This document shows positions 13,359 through 22,906 of a stretch of DNA of 64,000 nucleotides, piece by piece. The notes beneath the pieces are model-generated. The model was given only the letters and a program-made list of their open reading frames with translations. It did no database searches and was not told the origin of the DNA. Origin of the DNA: Azolla caroliniana (Eukaryota > Plantae > Polypodiophyta); contig JBHGNT010000009.1 in assembly GCA_043228905.1 (NCBI GenBank), positions 5,022,001 to 5,086,000 on the forward strand, in the 5' to 3' direction. Within the stretch, counting starts at the first letter, position 1. Each line of letters starts with the position of its first letter. The position numbers and the translations under genes were made by a program.

Positions 13359-14415
13359 ACCAAACCGCACGTCCTCTAGTACGTGCCAAGAAGAGAGTGA
13401 GATTTTGGCTACGGTGATCAATACGATTAAGCCTTTATCTGAATAATGACATTGACTATCAAATGTAGTACCTTCAAGTGCATGCCCACTTTGAGATCCT
13501 TACACGACCATGCACTATGTTTCTCACTTTGTACACTGTAAAAGAATACGTGTGCGGAAGCGTATGCGAAACACAGAGTACACAGTTAAGAGAATGACAG
13601 TTTGGTAAAACATAGAAAACACAGAGATGGAGATGGAGAGGGAGAGACAGAGAGAGAGCAGACAACTCAATTCTTCTTCAAAATAACAACACTTTGTACA
13701 TATTTCGTGCTCAGTGAGCACCTTTTATACAAGCCTTGACTATCGGGCTGACACAAGTATTGACAGTACTTGACTGCTCATAAATGAGCCTACTACACTA
13801 ACTCCCAAAATTATTCCTTACGAGGAATACCATACTAACGACCTTTTGGTTTACGCACCGATACGGCCACGTAACGCAAATAGATGTCGAGTGGCGCGCG
13901 ACACATGTGCCAAACATCGGGATGTGCGCGTCACAAGCGCGGACAAGCACCGAGCCTCTATCCGCCAGTGGTTATGGAGGATTGATGATGGGCGGCTGAA
14001 GTGATGCACTAATGTCATTAGAGTGAGAGAGAGAAAAAAAATAAAATAAATTGAGGAAGTTTTAAAGATAGATAGATAGATAAACGCATATCACCAATAA
14101 GATAACTAAGTTTTCTTATTATTAATTTTCGATTTGATACATAGATTGATTCATAGATTGTTTGATTCATCCATTGATTGATCCCCCCCTCCCCATCACA
14201 CAAGCCTTACGAGGGTTTTTATAGGTTTATCTATCCTTCTAACATGCACAAAACCATGGGCTTGAACCCATGGTTTTCGGGCACACGGTTTTCCTTGTGG
14301 CATGCACAAAACCATAGGCTAAAACCATGGTTTTGTGTACACGGTTTTGTATGTTTGTTTCCTATGGAATACTAAATATGAGAAGGAAATATACAAAATC
14401 TAAAGCATTTAGTAG

Positions 14416-14480
14416 TAGCTTTAGTTGGTAAGATAATTGCCTCCTATCTTAGAAGTGCAAGGTTCAAATCTTACTTGCAC
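14416..14480 (+). promoter_or_regulatory. tRNA-type Pol III A box and B box inside the LTR (second copy 16863..16926)
   Basis: A box TAGCTTTAGTTGG 14416..14428 and B box GGTTCAAATCT 14461..14471, 45 nt apart as in tRNA genes. The B box sits within the inverted repeat GTGCAAG/CTTGCAC. Confidence 0.6.
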
Positions 14481-14702
14481 CCTTCTATATGCACTTGAAT
14501 GTCATTAGACCCTAGGCTAATTTTCATATTTATAATCATGTGTATAATGTGTGTGGAGCCACACTATTTCACAATTTCTCCCATTGGACATAGAACATCA
14601 CGACATCCACCCCCACAAACTGCACATCCTCCGGCATGTGCTAAGAAGAAAAGAGTGATGTGGCGGAGTCAAAAGGTGGTTTGTGTTTGATTTCCTCCTT
14701 CC

Positions 14703-16454
14703 TTACGCGTCGTCCTTTGTCCTCCATTTTGAGTACATGCATTCCTTCCACCCGATCAACCATATCATTCTATCACCTTTCGCATTTCCATGACCACTTG
14801 TCGTAGCCCCTTTTGCTCCTCTTGAGAGTAACTCTTCATGTATCATACATGTGCCGCTTTCATCTTGACCATCTCCTTGGTCATCAAACTTCCTCGGATC
14901 GTCTTTTCTCATCTTATGCTTGCTTTTCCTCATGCTCACAACATCAACATTATCATTAGACACATCCAAAACCATCCTAACATTTTGTAGATTATCCTCA
15001 ATACTATCAACTTTAATCTTGTCCTTCCCCCACATACTCATAACATCAACATCATCATGATACTCATCCCAAATAATATTTTCTAGATTTTCCATACTTA
15101 AACCCTTGTAATCATTATGTAACCCCACGTCATCATGGACATATTTTTGTAGAATGTCCTCATCATCACAAATCCCTATTCTATTTTCATAATGGATGTC
15201 CTCATGAATGTCACCATTTGATCTAGTGAAACTCTTATAAAATCTATCCCGAAGAAAACCAAGGAAACCTAAAACACACAATTCCTCTTCGTCACTCTCA
15301 CCCTCATCATTACCCTTATCATAACCATATCCACAAAAAGTGCATAACTTTTTACCATCATAACCCTCATTCTTCTTATGGCACTCACCCTTACCATCAA
15401 TAATACACTCTCCCTTACTATCGTCAAGCCCTAAATCATCATCATCATTACGTTTAAATGTAAAGTTTTTATCCCTTCCTAACTTCTCCTCTTGTTCGTG
15501 GTTCTCATTAAACCTATCGCACTTGTCATAAGATTTTAAACCATGAAAGTCTTGATCCCAACTACTCTCATCGTCACGACTTTCGTTGAGTGCTTTTTCA
15601 TTAGCACAACCATGAAGAGCTTGATTCCTCCTCTTGTGTTCACAGTAATCTTTGTCACGATCATAACCTTGTAGATCTCGAGAACTCTTTGTGAGTTTGT
15701 AATGATCTTTGTCTTTGTCATGACCGTGTAGATCTTGATCGGTCCCCTCAAGCCCACGTTCTTTGTCAGATGTCTCTTCACCATTGCATCCTTGAGTATC
15801 TTCATCTTTCCTTACGAGCCCACTTTCTTCGCTGAAAGTCTCTTCATGACCGCATCCTTGAGTATCTTGGTCATTCCCCTCAAATTGATGTTCTTCATTG
15901 CTTGTCTCTTTATGATTGCATCCTTCTCGATCTTCCCTCTTGCGCCCATGTTCTTCATCACATGTCTCTTCACGAATGCAACTACGCCGATCTTGATCAT
16001 CTTCATCGTCGTCACCGTCGAGCAAACCATGAAAAGGTTGAGGCCCGAAACTTGATGTTAGAACCGCTTCGTACAAATCCGGAACTTCTTGATATAGTCT
16101 TTCAACTTGATTTGCCAACTTGAGACATTCCAACGCTCTACCCTTTTCATCATGCAACATCATTTCGATGGCCTTCCTTACCAATGGAAGCATCATGAGC
16201 CTCGGACCACCTTGTATTCTTATCGACTCCTCTAAGTCGTACATTGCCAATATCGCATCCTCCATTTGTAATGCCCCCATAACCACCTTTGTGTTGTTCA
16301 CGTCGGGTTCACCAAATAGATGTCGCGTGGTGTGTGACACATGTGCCAAACGTCGGGATGTGCGCATCACAAGTGCGGACAAGCACCGAGCCTCTATCCG
16401 CCAGTGGTTATGGAGGATTGATGATGGGCGGCTGAAGTGATGCACTAATGTCAT
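14703..16454 (-). CDS. Uncharacterised acidic, repeat-containing ORF of the LTR element (583 aa from the first ATG, which lies in the LTR; alternative start ~16280, MGALQMEDAIL)
   Basis: Uninterrupted ORF with a helical-looking N-terminal region and ~20-aa repeats GCxHEETSxEExxxxGxDxD. D/E/K rich. No protease, RT, RNase H, integrase or CCHC motif recognised. Confidence 0.65.
   Translation of the reverse strand: MTLVHHFSRPSSILHNHWRIEARCLSALVMRTSRRLAHVSHTTRHLFGEPDVNNTKVVMGALQMEDAILAMYDLEESIRIQGGPRLMMLPLVRKAIEMMLHDEKGRALECLKLANQVERLYQEVPDLYEAVLTSSFGPQPFHGLLDGDDDEDDQDRRSCIREETCDEEHGRKREDREGCNHKETSNEEHQFEGNDQDTQGCGHEETFSEESGLVRKDEDTQGCNGEETSDKERGLEGTDQDLHGHDKDKDHYKLTKSSRDLQGYDRDKDYCEHKRRNQALHGCANEKALNESRDDESSWDQDFHGLKSYDKCDRFNENHEQEEKLGRDKNFTFKRNDDDDLGLDDSKGECIIDGKGECHKKNEGYDGKKLCTFCGYGYDKGNDEGESDEEELCVLGFLGFLRDRFYKSFTRSNGDIHEDIHYENRIGICDDEDILQKYVHDDVGLHNDYKGLSMENLENIIWDEYHDDVDVMSMWGKDKIKVDSIEDNLQNVRMVLDVSNDNVDVVSMRKSKHKMRKDDPRKFDDQGDGQDESGTCMIHEELLSRGAKGATTSGHGNAKGDRMIWLIGWKECMYSKWRTKDDA
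16297..16314 (-). promoter_or_regulatory. Primer-binding site complementary to the tRNA-Trp 3' end
   Basis: The minus strand reads TGGTGAACCCGACGTGAA 6 nt after the LTR. This matches the plant cytosolic tRNA-Trp 3' end ...UUCACGUCGGGUUCACCA as recalled from memory. Confidence 0.8.
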
Positions 16455-19400
16455 TAGAGTGAGAGAGAGAGAGAAAAAATAAATAAATTGAGGAAGTTTT
16501 TAAGATAGATAGATAGATAAACACATATCACCAATAAGATAACTAAGTTTTCTTATTATTAATTTTCGATTTGATACATAGATTGATTCATAGATTGTTT
16601 GATTCATCCATTGATTGATCCCCCCCCCCCCCCCCCCCCCCATCACACAAGCCTTACGAGGGGTTTTATAGGTTTATCTATCCTTCTAACATGCACAAAA
16701 CCATGGGCTTGAACCCATGGTTTTCGGGCACACGGTTTTCCTTGTGGCATGCACAAAACCATAGGCTAAAACCATGGTTTTGTGTACACGGTTTTGTATG
16801 TTTGTTTCCTATGGAATACTAAATATGAGAAGGAAATATACAAAATCTAAAGCATTTAGTAGTAGCTTTAGTGGTAAGATAATTGCTTCCTATCTTAGAA
16901 GTGCAAGGTTCAAATCTTACTTGCCCCCTTCTATATGCACTTGAATGTCATTAGGCCTTAGGCTAATTTTCATATTTATAATCATGTGTATAATGTGTGT
17001 GGAGCCACACTATTTCACAATTTCTCCCATTGGACACAGAACATCACGACACCGTTTTACGCACCCAATCTACGCATTGGGTTATGCACCCAATCTTGAG
17101 CTTATCACTCAACACTCCCCCTCAAGCTCAACTTGAGGTTCCACCTACTCTTTTGGATCTGTGCTCCGGCCTCTTCTAGCTTCACGCCTTACTCGCACTC
17201 CTCAACCTGTTCGATTCCGTGCGGCTCGACCCTTTCGGTCGGCTTGTTTGCTCATTTGGCCCTTCTCAGCTCCTTCGCTATTGTGGTGTTGGCACCTCTT
17301 CCGTTGCCCTTTTCTCCGCTTGGCCCTCAGTTGATTCATGATGTCTGAATCAAACATTTCGATTGAACTGAACTATTTCGATTCAATTCCGCTCTCATCT
17401 GAATTGGCTGTCTCCAATTCGTCTTTTGTCTTTAGGCCTTTGACAATGTCGGACCACATTTTGATGTTGGCCTTACTTACTCCTTGTTCGGCTGTCTTCG
17501 GCTCTTCCCTAAGATTTTGGCCCTTGCTTTCTTCTTCCGCTTTTTCAGCCGACCCGAAATCGAATTCTTCATCCGACTCCACGTCGCGATCAATTCCGCT
17601 CCTTCCACGCTCTTGTTCCTGTTCTTCCTTTCTCCCCCTCAAGTTCGGCGTGTCGAGGTGATACAGCCCAAGCTCACCTGAGAAATGCCACAACTTGTCG
17701 AGACCAAGGGGCTTGGTGAAAATGTTAGCAACCTGTTGATCCGTCGGAACATACACCAATTCGACTTCACTTGAAAGGACCCGCTCGCGGACAAAGTGAT
17801 AGTGCACCTCAATGTGCTTGGTCCGGGCGTGGAATACAGGGTTTTTCGCAAGGTGGATACTGCTAAGGTTGTCACAATAGATCATCGTTGGATTAGACAC
17901 CTCCACATGCAGATCCCGTCACAGTCGTTTCAGCCAAATGACTTTGCAGATAGCGACAATTGCCCCTCGATATTCGCTCTCCGTGCTCGACAGTGCTACT
18001 ATCAGCTGCTTCTTACTGCTCCACGCAATTGCCGCACTTCCTAATGAGAAGGTGTATCCAGACGTGGATCTACGATCGTGGGCATTTCCAGCCCAATCGA
18101 CATCCGTGTAGCTGACTAATTCTTTGGCTACATCTGCCCGATATAGCAACGCCATGTCTTTAGTGCCGCTAGCATATCACAATATCCTTTGCGCGCATTG
18201 AAAGTGTTTGACCGTAGGCTACGACATGAATTGACTGATCAGTCCGTCCGGGTAACTGAGGTTTGGCATGGTGATCGTCAAATATATTAGGTTTCCGACA
18301 ATCTGTCGAAACCGTGTCGGGTCGCATGCCTTTCCCGAATCTCGACGAAGCTTTGCGTTTCGATCAAGAGGGGTCGAGATGGGCTTACAGTCTGCCATCC
18401 TGAACTTGAAGAGCAAATTCAGTGCATAATGACGTTGGCTAATCAATAATAATGCCCTCAAGGGCGCGGATCACTTCGATCCCGAGGAAGTAATGAAGGT
18501 CTCCAAGATCCTTCATTTCAAATGATGCCGCAAGCTGAGACTTTACACGACGGATTTTGTCCAGGTCGGCATCGACAATGACTAAATCATCAACATACAA
18601 TAGAAGGCTAACCGATCCATGTTGACTTTGATGAATGAATAATGAAGAGTCTAACTTGGACGTCGTAAACCCCATTCTACGCAATTGTTGCGTAATCTTT
18701 GCGTTCCAAGCTCATGAGGCTTGCTTAAGTTCGTATAGTGACTTCTTCAGTCGGCAAACTACCGAAGTGTTTCGTTCGTATAGAAATCTTGGGGGCTATA
18801 CCATGTACACCTGTTCCTCAAGATCACCTTGCAGGAACATGTTCTTTACATCTATTTGATGTAAGTGCCACCCCTTCACTGCCACAACGGCTAGCAAAAC
18901 TCGCACGGTAGTCATCTTCGCAACCGGCGCGAAGGTCTCGTCGTAATCTACGTCGTGCTTCTGCGCGTAGCCTTTTGCAACTAAACAGGCCTTATAGCGG
19001 TTGATAGAGCCGTTGGTGTTGTACTTGAACTTGTACACCCATTGGCATCCAATCGGCTTTACACCCTTCGGTGTGTCAACCAGGTCCCACGTCTCATTAT
19101 CAGTCAAAGCGCGCATCTCTTCCTCCATCGCGGCACGCCAATTTGCATCTTTTGCAGCTTCTACGTAGCTCTCTGGTTCACGCACTTCCGCCACTCGTGT
19201 CATGTACGCGTAATGGTGCGCCATGTACTCATTATACCCGTAACTCTTTACGGGGTTATTCAAGCGGGTAGATCGGCGTAATTCGTGATTACCCGATTTC
19301 ACGACCTTTTTGGCTAATGTCCACCTCTTCCGTGGAGGTTCCTTTTCAGTTTGCCCGTAGTCAGACTCGCTCCGATCTGACTCGGCACTCCCAAAGTTGT

Positions 19401-21996
19401 ATTCTAGCATTTTCTTCTTGCCCTTCTCTTCACGCGTAAACTGTCTCCTCGGTTCTTTACGCGGGGACATCACAACCAAGTCTTCACTACTCACCGTCTC
19501 TTCATTTGGTTGGCCATTTCGGTCCAACCCCTCATTCGGCCCACTCAACTGAAATGAGATTAGACTCTCTCACAGAGCTCCGATGTCCCCATCATGCGGA
19601 ACCATCTCAGCCTCGCTGACTTCTTCTTAAGAATTCGGAATTGATTCATGAGGTACTAGAGGGGAAGGCAAGTACCACGAAGCGGACTCGTCGAACACGA
19701 CATCTCGACTTACGCGTACTTCCTTTGTTCAGGGGTGATAACACTTATACCCCTTCTGCTCGTCTGGATAGCCGACTAAGATGCACTTTTCAGCTTTGGC
19801 ATCCAACTTCCTCCTCTTTTCCTTCGGCACATGCACATATGCAATGCTACCAAACATCCTTAAGTGTGCCAAGTTCGGCTTCTTCGCAAAATACAATTTG
19901 TGTTACAACACTCCTCCATTAGCAGAAGTCTGATTCTGCAGGTAGACAATCGTCCTCGCGGCTTTAGCCCAATAGAATTCTAGCATATGCTTCTCTTCAA
20001 GCATTGTCCTGGCCGCTTCTTCGATAGTCCGATTCTTCCGCTCGGCTACGCCATTCTGCTTCGGCATATATCTACACGAGAATTCGTGTCGAATTCCCTC
20101 CTTTTGTAGATAACTTGTGAACTGGTCAGAGACGTACTCCTTCCCACCATCGGACACTAGGCATTTGATCTTACGCCATGTTTCCCTTTCCGCAAGCCTT
20201 TTCACCTTCACGAAACATGCGAAGACTTCACACTTCTTCACGATCGTGCATACCTACATGTGCCAAGTGAAGTCATTGATGAAGGTTACAAAGTAACGGC
20301 TTCCACCGAGATTCACGTTCTGAGCCGGACTCCACACATCCGAATGGATCAAATCCAAGGGATTTCGACTACGATTACACTCGTTGGGGAATGGAAGTCG
20401 GTGTTATTTTCCTATCTAGCAAGCTTCGTAGTCTTGGCCATTCTGGCCTTGAAATTTCGGCAAGCCGAACACAATGTTCTTCGTTTGCATTTCATGAAGA
20501 CACGAGAAGTTAATATGGCCGAACCGCTTATGCCACAAGTTGATGTCCGATTCGACCTTCTGTCCTTTCGCAAACATAGCGGTGCCCACATTGTTGGTTT
20601 CGAGGATAAACATCCTCCCTTCACGGCGCCCTTGCGTGATTATCTTGCCTTCCTCTTCTATAAAGTAGCCTAGACGTGTGAATCGAACCTGCATCCCTTG
20701 GTCGACGATCTATTTGACCGATACTAGGTTCTTCGTTATTGTCGGGACGTGTAGCACGTTCAAGAGTTTCCCTTTCTGCCTGACATAGCTGAGGGGAACT
20801 TCATTGACATGTTCGATGGTATGCGGAGTGTCATCTGCCGTTTCAACTACCCCTTGTATTTCCGGCTTCTCTAGTTTCAACCACTCCTTGTTTTTCGGGC
20901 CTCTCTAAGTACGAGAACCATTCCTCGTGACTCATCATATGATTTGACGCTCCGGAATCAACATACCACACCTCGCTCGATTTGAGGTGTTCACGGTTAT
21001 CGAATTGGCCTTGTGCTTCATTACGAAGGCAGGGCCCGATCCATTTCCGGCTCGTTCGGAGCCCTCAGTGTAGTGCGACTTTTGACGCCTTCCTGCGTCT
21101 CTCCCGCTCAGTCCGGCTTTGTCCGAATTGGCTTGTTTCTTCCAGCACTCGCTCTTCCTGTGGCCTTTCTTTCCACAATACCAGCATTCCGTTGCGGCCT
21201 TATCTTGCCGGCTTCCGGCGCCGCTATGACTCCCCCTGCTTCCAGAGGGTTTGGAATTGCTTCCGGCATTTCGATTATGCCGTCCATTTTGCTCTTTTCG
21301 GCCGCCTCCATTATGTGCCTATGCGCCTCGTCCGCCACGACCACGGGGCCTATCTCCCTCCATGTATAGCATCTTGACGTCGGCGTGCGTACTCATTGAC
21401 GCACCCGCGTGATGTTCCTCTACGGACAACATTGATTGAAGCTTGAAGAACGAAGGCATATTCTCCCTCGTACAGACCGCCGTTCGGAATGCTCCGAACT
21501 TTGACACTTACCCACCAAGACAAACTTGCACCATTTCATCTTCCTCGACGTTCACGTTGACAGAGGCGAGAGAGTCGCAGATTTCTTTGATCTTGGAGGT
21601 GTAATCAGCCACCGACATACTTGATTTCTTTAACCTGCCTGAGTTGAAGCTTCCTGGCTGTGGTGCTAGCGGCGAAAATCTTCTTGAGATTCGCCCGACT
21701 TGGCATCCCGAATATAGCTCAATAGTTGGTCGCTCACACAAGATGCAAAGCAGTAGAGAACTCTGCTTACTGCCTGTTCCCAAGTAGAAAAATCCATGTG
21801 TGTCGATTCGGGTGAAGTATCATTATCTCCTTCGACATAACTCCAGTAGCCATGACCAAGCAGGTACTGTGCATCTTGTACGACCAAGATGCGTAGTTGC
21901 TCCTGTCGAGCTTCTCATTCGGTAGCGAGCTTCTCATTCCTCTATCCCTGTTGTTGTCTTATCTTTCAAGAAAACCAAGAAAACCAAGAAAACCAA

Positions 21997-22906
21997 GAAT
22001 GAGCTGGAAATGGATCGGGCCCTGCCTTCGTAATGAAGCACAAGGCCAATTCGATAACCGTGAACACCTCAAATCGAGCGAGGTGTGGTATGTTGATTCC
22101 GGAGTGTCAAATCATATGACGAGTCACGAGGAATGGTTCTCGTACTTAGAGAGGCCGGAAAAACAAGGAGTGGTAGAAACCAGAGACAACACTCCGCATA
22201 CCATCGAACATGTTGGTGAAGTTCCCCTCAGCCACGTCGGGCAGAAAGGAAAACTCTTGATTGTGTTGCACGTCCTGACAATAACGAAGAACCTTGTGTC
22301 AGTCGGACATATCGTCGACCAAGGTATGCAAGTTCGATTCACGCATCTTGGCTACTTCATAGAAGAGTAAGGCAAGATAATTGCGCAAGGGCGCCGTGAA
22401 GGGAGGATGTTTATCCTCGAAACCAACAATGTGGGCACTGCTATGTTTGCAAAAGGACAAAAGGTCGAGTCGGACATCGACTTGTGGCATCAACGGTTCG
22501 ACCATATTAACTTCCCGTGTCTTCGTGAAATGCAAACGAAGAACATTGTTTTCGGCTTGCTGAAATTTCGAGGCCAGAGTGGCCAAGTCTGCGAAGCCTG
22601 CCAAATGGGAAAATAGCATCGACTTCCATTCCCCAACGAGTGTAATCGTAGTCGAAATCCACTAAAGTTGATCCATTCAGATGTGTGGGGACTGGCATAG
22701 AACGTGAGTCTATGTGGAAGCCATTATTTCATAACCTTCATCAATGACTTCACTCGGAACACGTGGGCATGCACAATCGTGAAGAAGAGCGAAGACTTTG
22801 CGTGTTTCCTGAAGGTGAAGAGCCTTGCGGAAAGGGAAACAAGGCGTAAGATCAAATGTCTACGGTCTGATGGCGGGAAGGAGTACTTCTCCGACTAGTT
22901 CACAAG
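21997..22906 (+). mobile_element. Second family A copia fragment (protease-integrase), inverted relative to 20114..21057
   Basis: WYVDSGVSNHMT, LWHQRFDH, CEACQMGK and LRSDGGKEY on the plus strand; reverse-complement match to 20114..21057. Confidence 0.9.

Larger units (their letters stand above)
13885..17051 (-). mobile_element. Non-autonomous LTR element, 3.2 kb (LTRs 16321..17051 and 13885..14605), tRNA-Trp PBS, no pol, nested in the family A 3' LTR
   Basis: Near-identical ~725-bp direct repeats with TGTCG...CGACA termini; PBS 16297..16314; PPT 14606..14614; the 1.7 kb interior is filled by one ORF; no TSD found. Confidence 0.88.
13537..21996 (-). mobile_element. Ty1/copia retrotransposon, family A; degenerate, 5' LTR missing, 3' LTR 13537..17114 interrupted
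   Basis: Minus-strand fragments in copia order: gag start ~21932 (NEKLDRSNYASW), integrase (SDGGKEY, QNGVAERKNRT), RT ([17 protein letters not shown]), RNase H (ARTKHIEVHYHFVRE). PPT at 17115..17126 precedes TGTTGA at 17114; the LTR ends TTTTACA at 13537. Confidence 0.92.

Noticed and set aside
14405-14485. Genuine tRNA gene (also 43918..43992)
   Set aside because: A and B boxes are present, but I could not form a convincing acceptor or anticodon stem; treated as a tRNA-derived module.
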